Origin: Vicinamibacteria bacterium
Lineage (GTDB): Bacteria; Acidobacteriota; Vicinamibacteria; Marinacidobacterales; Marinacidobacteraceae
Assembly (NCBI GenBank): GCA_964291235.2
Contig: OZ219815.1
Location: 480,001 to 544,000, forward strand
Direction: 5' to 3'
Length of the DNA: 64,000 bases
The translations under genes and the position numbers were made by a program. The stretch's first letter is position 1, and the number at the start of each line of letters is the position of its first letter. Positions 8,674-17,059 of the stretch are shown here, one piece after another. Under the pieces are notes generated by a model that searched no databases, had not been told where the DNA came from, and worked only from the letters and a program-made list of their open reading frames with translations.

Positions 8674-9726
8674 TCATCGCGCGTGCAGAGCGGCAAGACC
8701 TCCCAGCGAAACGGTGAACGGCGGGTGAGCGATGCCTCTCTCGGTGACGATTGCGGTGATGTAGCGAGCCGGGGTGACGTCGAACGCGGGATTCCAGACC
8801 GGGACCCCGTCGGGCGCCACTCGCTGACCGGCGATCGCGATGACTTCGTGCGGACTCCGTTCCTCGATGGGAATATCCGCTCCTCGGGGCGTTTCGAGGT
8901 CCACGCTCGAAAAAGGAGCCGCGACCACGAACGGCACGGCGTGCTCCTTCGCGAGGACGGCTGCCTGATACGTGCCGATCTTGTTCGCGGTATCGCCGTT
9001 CGCGGCAATGCGGTCGGCGCCCACGACCACGGCGTCCACCTCGCCGCCGGCGAGCAGGGAACCGACCATCCCGTCGGTGATCAGGGTCACGGGGATCCGG
9101 TCTGCCATGAGTTCCCACGCGGTGAGACGGGCGCCCTGAAGATACGGGCGGGTTTCGGGAGCGAACACCCGGACCGGACGGCCGGACTCCACTGCCGCCC
9201 GGACGATGCCGAGCGCCGTCCCGTAACCCGACGTCGCGAGGCTCCCCGCGTTGCAGTGGGTGAGGACTCGCGCCGGTCCCTCGCCGGGTAGCAGGCTGGC
9301 GCCGAGCGCGCCGAGGCGCCGGTTCGCCTGCAGATCCTCGGCGGCGATGCAGTCCGCCTCGTCCTCAAGGCCGCTGACGATCGCTTCGGGGGCGGCCAAG
9401 AGGAGCGATTCCAACCGGGATCGCATCCGGTCCAGGGCGTTTCGCAGGTTTACCGCCGTGGGGCGCGTGTCCAGCAGACCCGCCGCCAACCCATCGAAGA
9501 GAGCGGTATCCGGCTTGGTCCCCGAATTGCGACCGAATCCGATCACCACCGCGTAGGCAGCCGCGATCCCGATGGCCGGAGCCCCGCGAATCGCCATTTC
9601 CTCGATGGCGTCTCCCACCTGGTGCGCTTCCGCGCACTCGATCCACACCTCCTCGAACGGGAGCCGGCGCTGGTCCAGCAGGTGGAGAACCCGCCGCTCG
9701 GAATCCCACCGGAACGGACGGACCAT
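8674..9726 (-). CDS. mtnA: S-methyl-5-thioribose-1-phosphate isomerase
   Basis: LLDQRRLP, IRGAPAIG, TRPTAVNL, LTHCNAGSLATSGYGTALG, ETRPYLQGARLTAWEL, GADRIAANGDTANKIGTY, NPAFDVTP. Real start ATG 9726 within ORF 8674..10266. Confidence 0.95.
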   Translation of the reverse strand: MVRPFRWDSERRVLHLLDQRRLPFEEVWIECAEAHQVGDAIEEMAIRGAPAIGIAAAYAVVIGFGRNSGTKPDTALFDGLAAGLLDTRPTAVNLRNALDRMRSRLESLLLAAPEAIVSGLEDEADCIAAEDLQANRRLGALGASLLPGEGPARVLTHCNAGSLATSGYGTALGIVRAAVESGRPVRVFAPETRPYLQGARLTAWELMADRIPVTLITDGMVGSLLAGGEVDAVVVGADRIAANGDTANKIGTYQAAVLAKEHAVPFVVAAPFSSVDLETPRGADIPIEERSPHEVIAIAGQRVAPDGVPVWNPAFDVTPARYITAIVTERGIAHPPFTVSLGGLAALHAR

Positions 9727-9761
9727 GGGCGCACCGTAGCAGCGTACCGGGGTAGGGGCCC

Positions 9762-9987
9762 AGGAGCGCCGGCCTCCGGCCGGCATCGCCGAGCGAAGCG
9801 AGGCGAAACTCCCATCGCCAATCCTCCAGGATGGCGCCGCAGCCCGGCAGGGTGGCGCCGCGCCACAGCCACTCCCGGGTTGTAGGGCGTTACGCCGTCC
9901 CCGTTTGGGTGAGCGCCATCGAGGATGACCAGGTCTGGGAGTTTCGCGGCCTGCGGCCGCGATGCCGGTCTGGAGACCGGCGCTCCT
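9762..9987. mobile_element. REPIN/MITE-like non-autonomous element, copy 1 (~52-nt inverted arms around a ~120-nt core)
   Basis: Left arm AGGAGCGCCGGCCTCCGGCCGGCATCGCC...GCGAAACTCCC; right arm GGGAGTTTCGC...GCGATGCCGGTCTGGAGACCGGCGCTCCT. Homologous to 56242..56463. Confidence 0.8.
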
Positions 9988-9990
9988 AAC

Positions 9991-10043
9991 TGAGTCCGAC
10001 TGGTGCGGAACGGGATTCCCCGTTCCGCACCAGATCGGGCTCA
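9991..10043 (-). terminator. Long hairpin directly after atpE, probable terminator or stabiliser
   Basis: CTGGTGCGGAACGGG-ATTC-CCCGTTCCGCACCAG perfect 15-bp stem, extended by TGAGTCCGA/TCGGGCTCA. No clear U-tract. Confidence 0.6.
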
Positions 10044-10364
10044 GCCGTTCCAGAGAACGAAGAAGATGATGAGCGCGGTAACGAAGGCGTAGATGACCAG
10101 CGACTCGATCAGCACCAGGCCGAGGAGCAGCGAGAAGCGGATCTGCGGGGCGGCGCCCGGGTTCCGGGCGAGGCTCTCGCAGGCGCCGACCACGGCGCGC
10201 CCCTGCGCGGTAGCGCCGAAGGCGGCGGCGATGGCGATCGCGCCACCCGCCGAAATCAGCGCCCACTGACTGACAACCGGATCCCAGCTTCCCTGGGCGA
10301 AAACCGGGGAAGCGGCGAGAACGCCGAAGACGGCCAGCAGGGTCGTCCGAAACTTGTTGGACAC
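10041..10364 (-). CDS. atpE: F0 ATP synthase subunit c with a signal-like N-terminal extension
   Basis: GATAQGRAVVGACESLARNPGA...GLVLIESLVIY; directly downstream of atpB. Confidence 0.93.
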   Translation of the reverse strand: MSNKFRTTLLAVFGVLAASPVFAQGSWDPVVSQWALISAGGAIAIAAAFGATAQGRAVVGACESLARNPGAAPQIRFSLLLGLVLIESLVIYAFVTALIIFFVLWNG

Positions 10365-10381
10365 GATGATTTCTCCTTGGA

Positions 10382-11071
10382 TCAGTGCTCCTCGGCAGCG
10401 ACTGCGCCGCCGAGATAGATGACAGTGAGCATGGTGAAGACGAAGGCCTGGAGCGTGCTGCCGAAGACGCCGAAAGCCATCATCGGGACCGGCACCACAA
10501 ACGGGATCAGGAACGCGAACACCACGACGACCAGCTCTTCACCGAAGATATTTCCGAAGAGCCGGACCGAAAGCGAAAGAATGCGGCTGAGATGGCTGAT
10601 GATTTCGATCGGCAGCATCACAACCGCGAGCCAGGGACTGGGCCCGAGGAAGTGGGCAAAGTACTTCTTCGCCCCGTGAGCCCGGATTCCCTGGAAGTTG
10701 TAATAGAGGAACGCGACGATGGCGCAGCCCACCGGCATGTTGATGCTCACGGTGGGGGATGAGAAGAACGGCACCAGCCCGAACAGGTTGCTGACCAGGA
10801 TGAACAGCGCCAGCGTGCCCACCAGGCCGAGGAACGGGCGCCCCTTGGCGCCGACGTTGTCCCGGAGCAGCGAGAGCAGCCCGCCGACCACCGCTTCGAG
10901 TACCAGTTGGAGCCGTCCCGGGTTCTCCACCGAGATCCGCCGGCGGAAGAAGATCGCGAAGCCGGAGAGAACGACCGCCACGAAGATCGCCATCACCACG
11001 TGGTCCGGGGGATGGACGTGGAACACCGCCTCGATCCAGTGGGTCAGGAATGAGTAGTGGTGGATTTCCAT
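10382..11071 (-). CDS. atpB: F0 ATP synthase subunit a
   Basis: PGRLQLVLE, NLFGLVP, IEIISHLSRILSLSVRLFGNIFG, LQAFVFTMLTVIY. Confidence 0.96.
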   Translation of the reverse strand: MEIHHYSFLTHWIEAVFHVHPPDHVVMAIFVAVVLSGFAIFFRRRISVENPGRLQLVLEAVVGGLLSLLRDNVGAKGRPFLGLVGTLALFILVSNLFGLVPFFSSPTVSINMPVGCAIVAFLYYNFQGIRAHGAKKYFAHFLGPSPWLAVVMLPIEIISHLSRILSLSVRLFGNIFGEELVVVVFAFLIPFVVPVPMMAFGVFGSTLQAFVFTMLTVIYLGGAVAAEEH

Positions 11072-11095
11072 GGGGCGGTATTGGAGGACGAACGG

Positions 11096-11545
11096 TCAGG
11101 CGCCGGGTGTGGGGTTCTCCCTGTCCGCCGCATCATCCGGGGGAGGAGGGGCCTGCGGTGTACGAAGGGCCGTGAAGCCCCCGTTTCGCAGTTCCAGCAG
11201 GACGGCCAGGTTCGGCGCGCCCAACCCGCACACGACGCCGATCACGTCGGCGTTCCAGACGGCAATTATCGCAACCAGGACGCCGCCGAGCAAGAGATAA
11301 CGAACACCGGTGAGTCCGGCGAGTGCAATCGCCGAACGAGCGGACTGGACGGCGCCGAGACCCCCGACGACTCGTCGCAGGACCAGGATGTTGACAACCG
11401 ACACCGCCGCGCCCGCCACTACGGAAAGCCCGATCCGCGGACCGAGACTGAGCCCGAGCAAACCAGCGGCGGCCGCGAGCGCCAGCGCGCGGCGGGTCAG
11501 CCGAACTTCCCGGCTGCCTGCCGCCGGCTGGTCGTTGTTCGTCAT
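11096..11545 (-). CDS. atpI: ATP synthase protein I (4-TM AtpI)
   Basis: Hydrophobic 4-TM protein with GAAVSVVN and RYLL motifs, in the canonical position upstream of atpB. Confidence 0.7.
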   Translation of the reverse strand: MTNNDQPAAGSREVRLTRRALALAAAAGLLGLSLGPRIGLSVVAGAAVSVVNILVLRRVVGGLGAVQSARSAIALAGLTGVRYLLLGGVLVAIIAVWNADVIGVVCGLGAPNLAVLLELRNGGFTALRTPQAPPPPDDAADRENPTPGA

Positions 11546-11799
11546 GCGTCCTCTTCCCCCGAATTGTCAGGCGGCGGGTCGGTCCCCGCCACCGACGAAG
11601 CGGCGCGGACCACGTTGCGGAGGCCGGCCACGATCCCGAAGCCCAGGAACACCAGGAAAAGCCAGGGCGCCGTCCCGAGCCAGCGATCGAACAACCAACC
11701 CGCCCCGGCGCCGATCACGATGGCCAGGGGCACCGAGAAGCCGAGGCTCAGCAGCGTCAGCATCCGGGCGCGCGGCGCAACCGGCGGCTCCGCGGTCAC
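11542..11799 (-). CDS. atpZ: AtpZ/AtpI family small membrane protein
   Basis: LGFSVPLAIVIGAGAGWLFDRWLGTAPWLFLVFLGFGIVAG signature; ATGA overlap with the next gene. Confidence 0.8.
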   Translation of the reverse strand: MTAEPPVAPRARMLTLLSLGFSVPLAIVIGAGAGWLFDRWLGTAPWLFLVFLGFGIVAGLRNVVRAASSVAGTDPPPDNSGEEDA

Positions 11800-11841
11800 C
11801 GGCGGAGTTCTCCCGCCACCAGGAACCGGAAAGGCGCCGTC

Positions 11842-13440
11842 TCAGTCGTCGCTCGGAACGGGGGACGCTTCGTCGAGGCCGCTCTCGCGTTCCAGCACCT
11901 CGGCCGGCAGCAACGGCGCCTCGGCCGTCTGGGCGCTCTCGGGCGAGACGCGCTCCACGATGGCGGCCACCGGAACCGCGAGTTTCTCGAGGAACGGCTT
12001 GGGATAGACGCCGATGAAGATGCAGAGCACGACGATCGGAAGGAGGGTCGCGTTCTCGCGGCTCGTCAAGTCGGCGAGCGAGCGGTTCTCTTCCTTGTCC
12101 AGCTTGCCGAACATGATCCGCTGGTAGAGCCAGAGGAGGTAGGCGGCGCCGAGGACGATGCCGGAGACGGCGAACGCGGCGTACACCCAATCCACCTGGA
12201 AGATGCCCTGGAGGATCAGGAACTCGCCGATGAAGCCGTTGAGCATGGGAAGGCCCATGGAGGCGAGCGCGATGATCAGGAAGAGCGCTGCGTACTTCGG
12301 AACCACCTTCGCGATTCCGCCGTAGGCCGCGATCTCCCGGGTGTGCCGCTGCTCGTACATGATGCCGACCAGCAGGAAGAGTCCCCCGGTGGAGAGCCCG
12401 TGGTTGATCATCTGGAGGATGCCGCCCTCGAGGCCCAGGGTGTTCAGCGCGAACACGCCGAGCATCACGAACCCCAGGTGGCTCACCGAGCTGTAGGCGA
12501 CGAGACTCTTCCAGTCCTTCTGGACCAATGCCACGAGGGCTCCGTAGATGATCCCGATGATGGCGAGCGTCGCCACCCACCAGACTGCTTCGCGGCTGGC
12601 CTCCGGCAGGAGCGGAATCGAGAAACGGACGAACCCGTAGGTCCCCATCTTCAGGAGCACGCCGGCCAGGATGACCGAGCCTGCCGTCGGCGCCTCGACG
12701 TGGGCGTCCGGCAGCCAGGTATGGAAGGGGAACATCGGGACCTTGATGGCGAACCCGACGAAGAAGGCGAGGAACACCCAGAACTGGAGACCCGAGGCGT
12801 AGGAGGTCTCCATCAGCCGGAGCAGGTCGAAGGTGTATTCGCCGGTCACCCCGAAGTGCGCAAAGTAGAGCGCCAGGATGCCGAGCAGCATCAGGACGCT
12901 GCCCACCAGCGTGTAGAGGAAGAACTTGATGGCCGCGTAGAGCTTCCTCGGCCCGCCCCAGACCCCGATCAGGAAGTACATCGGGACCAGCATCACTTCC
13001 CAGAACACGTAGAACAGGAAGAAGTCGAGCGAAACGAAGACGCCGAGCATTCCCGTCTGGAGCAGCAGCAGGAAGATGTAGTACTGCTTGATGCGCTCCG
13101 TGACGCCCTTCCAGGAGGAAAGAATCGCGATGAAGCCGAGCAGCGTGGTCATCAGGACCAGCAGCAGGCTGATCCCGTCGAGTCCGAGGTTGTATTCGAC
13201 CCCGATGCTCGGGATCCACTCGTAGCGTTCCCCGAACTGGAACTGGGGTCCGGCGGCGTCGAAGGCGAACCAGAGCGGTAGCGAGATCAGGAATCCGATG
13301 AACGCCGCGCCGTTGGCGAGCCAGCGGATGCGGTTCTCTTCGGTCTTCTTGACGAAGAAGAGGATGAAGAGCGCCGCAATCGCCGGAAAGAAGACCACCA
13401 GCGAGAGGATCGGGAAGTTGAAGGGGTTGTTCTCGAACAT
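11842..13440 (-). CDS. nuoM: NADH-quinone oxidoreductase subunit M
   Basis: LGLDGISL, FYVFWEVMLVPMYFLIGVWG, AIKVPMFPFHTWLPDAHVEAPTAGSVILAGVLLKMGTYG, AYSSVSHLG. Confidence 0.95.
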   Translation of the reverse strand: MFENNPFNFPILSLVVFFPAIAALFILFFVKKTEENRIRWLANGAAFIGFLISLPLWFAFDAAGPQFQFGERYEWIPSIGVEYNLGLDGISLLLVLMTTLLGFIAILSSWKGVTERIKQYYIFLLLLQTGMLGVFVSLDFFLFYVFWEVMLVPMYFLIGVWGGPRKLYAAIKFFLYTLVGSVLMLLGILALYFAHFGVTGEYTFDLLRLMETSYASGLQFWVFLAFFVGFAIKVPMFPFHTWLPDAHVEAPTAGSVILAGVLLKMGTYGFVRFSIPLLPEASREAVWWVATLAIIGIIYGALVALVQKDWKSLVAYSSVSHLGFVMLGVFALNTLGLEGGILQMINHGLSTGGLFLLVGIMYEQRHTREIAAYGGIAKVVPKYAALFLIIALASMGLPMLNGFIGEFLILQGIFQVDWVYAAFAVSGIVLGAAYLLWLYQRIMFGKLDKEENRSLADLTSRENATLLPIVVLCIFIGVYPKPFLEKLAVPVAAIVERVSPESAQTAEAPLLPAEVLERESGLDEASPVPSDD

Positions 13441-13476
13441 TCGGCTTATCCGGAGCTAGTCGCGCAGTTCGGCTTA

Positions 13477-13655
13477 GCAGCCTGTGGTGAAACCGCGTGA
13501 GCGCCGAGAGCGGCGAGGCGCCCGGCTGACAAGGCGCGCGAGGGAGGAATACCGGGTGTATTTCGACCGAAACGCAACGCAGAACGAAGCGCAGCGGAGT
13601 GGTTCAGGCGGGATGCATCGCCGCTCGAACGCCGCGGGGGTTTTGCCACAGGCTG
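13477..13655. mobile_element. MITE with IS5/IS1182-like terminal inverted repeats, inserted at the nuoL stop codon
   Basis: Ends TTA-GCAGCCTGTGGTGAAAC ... GTTTTGCCACAGGCTG-TTA(A). TTA is repeated on both flanks, and the right TTA is the nuoL TAA. No credible ORF; internal AATAC-N5-GTATT hairpin. Confidence 0.78.
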
Positions 13656-15680
13656 TTAACTCCACAGGGTGAGGGCCCCGGCCAGCAGGACCACGGCGAA
13701 CAGCATGAGAAGGGCGTAGTTCTGGAAGAGCCCCGTCTGGAGCCGCCGGAACCGCGTGGAGGCGGCCGACAGAATCTCGCCGACCAGGTTCACGGCCCGG
13801 TCCACGAGGTTCTGGTCACTCAGATCGGAAAGGTCGCCCGAGAGCCGGGTGAGCGACGCGGAGCCGTTCACGGCGCCGTCCACAACGCGCTGATCGAAGC
13901 GGTAGAGGCCCTCTCCACCACGCAACGTCCCGTTGACCGCGGTCGCGTCGTAGGCCTCGTCCACGTAGTACTTGTTCAGCAGCGTCTGATAGACGCGGCT
14001 GCCGGCGAGCGAAGCGTCGCGGGTCGGTCCCTTCCAGTAGCGCCGGTAGGCGAACCAGATGCCGGCGAGCGCCAGCGCCACCGAAACGCCCATGAGGGCG
14101 TACTCCACGGCGTAGGACGCGTGGTGTATCGGGGCCGGGCCGTGGCCGCCGGCATAGATGGCGGGCTCGAGGAAGTGCTCGATGCGGTTCGCGCCGCCGA
14201 GCGCCGCGGGAACCCCGACGAAGCCGGCGAGGATCGATCCGCCCGCGAGGAGGATCAGCGGAACGGTCATCGAGGGGACCGACTCGTGCAGGTGCTTCTC
14301 CATCGCCGCGCCGCCGCGGAAGTCGCCCCAGAAGGTCATGATGACCTGCCGGCTCATGTAGAAGGCCGTCATCGCCGCGGCCGCCGCCCCAAGCGCCCAG
14401 AGCACGGTGTGGCCGTGGTCAAACGTCTTCCAGAGGATCTCGTCCTTGCTGAAGAACCCGGCGAGGGGCGGGATGCCCGCGATCGCGACGGTGGCGATCA
14501 TGAAGGTCCAGGCGGTCCGGGGCATGACCCGCACGAGGCCGCCCATGTTCCGCATGTCCTGCATCTCGGTGTAGTGGCGATGCCCGCCGGAGGCATGCTC
14601 GGCGTGCTCCATCGAGTGGATCACGCTGCCGGAACCGAGGAAGAGGCACGCCTTGAAGAAGGCGTGGGTCATCAGGTGGAAGATCGCCGCGGCGAACGCT
14701 CCGACGCCGGCGCCCAGGAACATGTAGCCGAGCTGGGAGACGGTGGAGTAGGCAAGAACCTTCTTGATGTCGGTCTGGAAGAGCGCGATGGAGGCCGCAA
14801 AGATTGCCGTCAGCGCTCCCACCGTCGCGACCAGCGCCATCGCCGCCGGAGCGTGCGAGAAGAGGACGCCGCTGCGGGCCACCATGTAGACGCCCGCGGT
14901 CACCATGGTCGCCGCGTGGATGAGGGCGGAGACCGGAGTCGGGCCTTCCATGGCGTCCGGCAGCCAGACGTAGAGCGGGATCTGGGCGGACTTGCCGGCG
15001 GCGCCCACGAAGAGCAGGACCCCGATCGCCGTGAGAACCCCGCCGTGCATCTCGGCGGCCGAGATCTGTCCCATCACGCCGTAGAAATCGAGGGTCCCGA
15101 ACGTCACGAAGGTCAAGAACACCGCCATGATGAATCCGGCATCCCCGATCCGGTTCACGATGAACGCCTTCTTCCCCGCGGCAGCCGCCGCCGGCCGCTC
15201 GAACCAGAAGCCGATCAGCAGGTAGGAGCAGAGCCCGACCCCCTCCCACCCGATGAACAGGAGCAGCATGTTCGCGCCCAGCACCAGGTTCAGCATGAAG
15301 AAGGTGAACAGGTTCAGGTAGGCGAAGAACCGGCTGAATCCCGCGTCGTGGCTCATGTAGCCGAGCGAGTAGATGTGGATCAGCAGGCCGATCCCAGTGA
15401 CCACCAGGGTCATGAGCATCGAGAGCGAATCGAGCCGGTACGCCCAGTCCACCCCCATGCTGGGGATCCAGGAGAAGAGGGATTGCTCGACCCTGGCGGA
15501 CGCCCCGCCCTCGGCGAGGAAGACAGTGAAGAAGAAGCCGAGCGCGATCAGGAAGGAGGCCGCGACCGACCCACAGGCGAGCAGGCCGCTCAGCCGCTTC
15601 CCGAGGCGTTTTCCGAAGAGGCCGTTGATGGCCGCACCCAACCCGGGAATAACCGGGATGAGCCAAAGCAGGGAGTTCAA
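13656..15680 (-). CDS. nuoL: NADH-quinone oxidoreductase subunit L
   Basis: IHIYSLGYM, FIGWEGVGLCSYLLIGFW, KAFIVNRIGD, GKSAQIPLYVWLPDAMEGPTPVSALIHAATMVTAG, DIKKVLAYSTVSQLGYM. Confidence 0.96.
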   Translation of the reverse strand: MNSLLWLIPVIPGLGAAINGLFGKRLGKRLSGLLACGSVAASFLIALGFFFTVFLAEGGASARVEQSLFSWIPSMGVDWAYRLDSLSMLMTLVVTGIGLLIHIYSLGYMSHDAGFSRFFAYLNLFTFFMLNLVLGANMLLLFIGWEGVGLCSYLLIGFWFERPAAAAAGKKAFIVNRIGDAGFIMAVFLTFVTFGTLDFYGVMGQISAAEMHGGVLTAIGVLLFVGAAGKSAQIPLYVWLPDAMEGPTPVSALIHAATMVTAGVYMVARSGVLFSHAPAAMALVATVGALTAIFAASIALFQTDIKKVLAYSTVSQLGYMFLGAGVGAFAAAIFHLMTHAFFKACLFLGSGSVIHSMEHAEHASGGHRHYTEMQDMRNMGGLVRVMPRTAWTFMIATVAIAGIPPLAGFFSKDEILWKTFDHGHTVLWALGAAAAAMTAFYMSRQVIMTFWGDFRGGAAMEKHLHESVPSMTVPLILLAGGSILAGFVGVPAALGGANRIEHFLEPAIYAGGHGPAPIHHASYAVEYALMGVSVALALAGIWFAYRRYWKGPTRDASLAGSRVYQTLLNKYYVDEAYDATAVNGTLRGGEGLYRFDQRVVDGAVNGSASLTRLSGDLSDLSDQNLVDRAVNLVGEILSAASTRFRRLQTGLFQNYALLMLFAVVLLAGALTLWS

Positions 15681-15845
15681 GGCAGCGTACTAAGCACTCC
15701 TGAGGTACGGGAACGGACGGCGCGCGGAAGGTACCGGATCGGCGGCTTTAGGTCAACGTTTCCGAAGGCTCCGCGCAGCCGTCCGGCGAGTGGCACCGGA
15801 GAGGAAGCGCCGGCGTCCAGGGACCTGCCCGCAGCCCCGGCGAAG

Positions 15846-16637
15846 TCAGGTGACGCTCTTGATGTGGCCGCCGTCCACCGCGAGCACGGTTCCCGTGATG
15901 TAGCTGGCGCGCTCGGAGGCGAGGAAGGCGGCGGCAGCCCCGAATTCCTCGGGCTCCCCCACCCTTCCCAGCGGGATGTCCGCGGACCATTCGGCGTACA
16001 CCTCCTTGACCGAGCAGCCGCGGGTCCCCGCAATGTGGTCCGCGAGTTCGACGAGCCGCGCGGTCCGCGTGTATCCGGGGCAGAGCACGTTGGCGAGCAC
16101 CCCGTGGGGCGCCGCCTCGTTTGCCAGCGACTTCATGAACCCGGCGATCCCGGACCTCGCGGTATTCGACAGGATGATGTCCGGCACCGGCTGCTTCACG
16201 GAGACCGAGGCGATGGCGATGATCCGGCCCCAGCGGCGCGAGATCATCCCGGGCAGCGCCGCGCGCACGAGGTTCACGCACGAGAGCAGGTTCTGTTCGA
16301 GCGCTTCCCGCCACTGCTCGGACGTCGTGTCCTTGAGGCGGGTCGGGGGCGGGCCGCCGGCGTTGGTCACCAGGATGTCCAGCTGTCCGAACCGGCTCTC
16401 CGCGGCCCGGATGAACCCGAACGCGGCGTCCGGATCCCCGACGTCAACCTCGTGAGTGAGGACTTCCACGCCGTGCCGGGCGCGGATTTCACCTGCGGTC
16501 CGCTCAAGCGCCTCGCGGCCCCTCGCTCCGATCGCGACGTTCACGCCCTCGGCGGCCAGCGCCTCGGCCACCGCGCGCCCGAGCCCCTGACTGCCCGCGG
16601 CGACGACCGCGGCGCGCCCGGCGATACCGAGGTCCAT
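15846..16637 (-). CDS. SDR family oxidoreductase (3-oxoacyl-ACP reductase-like, atypical subgroup)
   Basis: AAGSQGLG Rossmann motif, LVTNAGGPP, LSNTARSG, PLGRVGEPEEFG, SYITG...VDGG. Confidence 0.88.
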   Translation of the reverse strand: MDLGIAGRAAVVAAGSQGLGRAVAEALAAEGVNVAIGARGREALERTAGEIRARHGVEVLTHEVDVGDPDAAFGFIRAAESRFGQLDILVTNAGGPPPTRLKDTTSEQWREALEQNLLSCVNLVRAALPGMISRRWGRIIAIASVSVKQPVPDIILSNTARSGIAGFMKSLANEAAPHGVLANVLCPGYTRTARLVELADHIAGTRGCSVKEVYAEWSADIPLGRVGEPEEFGAAAAFLASERASYITGTVLAVDGGHIKSVT

Positions 16638-16666
16638 CCGGGAGCCGGCTTGCGATTAGCCGAGCG

Positions 16667-16999
16667 TCAGGAGTACTGCCGTTCCTTGCAGGGAACGCAG
16701 ACGCGCGTCCAGGGTACGGCTTCCAGCCGCAGGCGCGGAATCTCCTCCTCGCAGTCCGAACAGATGCCGAAGTCACCAGCCTCGATCCGGGCGAGCGCCT
16801 TGTCGATCGCGCGAAGCAGCTTCGCGTCGTTCTGCTGAAGCTGGATCACGATCTCATCGTCGTTCGCCACCATGGACCGGTCCCCGTCATCTCCGTGCGG
16901 CGGGGTCCGCGAGAAAGCGCGGGTGTGCACGAGCTTTTCGATTTCCGCCTTCTTGGCGAGAAGATTCGCTTCGTGCAGTTGCAGTTCTTCAGGTGTCAT
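16667..16999 (-). CDS. TraR/DksA C4-type zinc finger protein
   Basis: IDKALARIEAGDFGICSDCEEEIPRLRLEAVPWTRVCVPCK. Confidence 0.9.
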   Translation of the reverse strand: MTPEELQLHEANLLAKKAEIEKLVHTRAFSRTPPHGDDGDRSMVANDDEIVIQLQQNDAKLLRAIDKALARIEAGDFGICSDCEEEIPRLRLEAVPWTRVCVPCKERQYS

Positions 17000-17059
17000 T
17001 TTCGGAGTCCGCCCACTGTTTTCATGCCGCCTGCGACGCGGTGGAATTGATCAAGCATA

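Noticed and set aside
9727-10266. Long N-terminal extension of MtnA, or a SAM riboswitch upstream of mtnA
   Set aside because: The extension reads through atpE and the REPIN. I saw no SAM-I/II consensus, and the structure is explained by the repeat.
13599-16838. 1079-aa plus-strand ORF, and similar long ORFs at 22523-25426, 28213-31032, 35419-37743 and 41940-44954
   Set aside because: They lie antisense to well-supported genes and have no motifs. Stop codons are scarce at this GC content.
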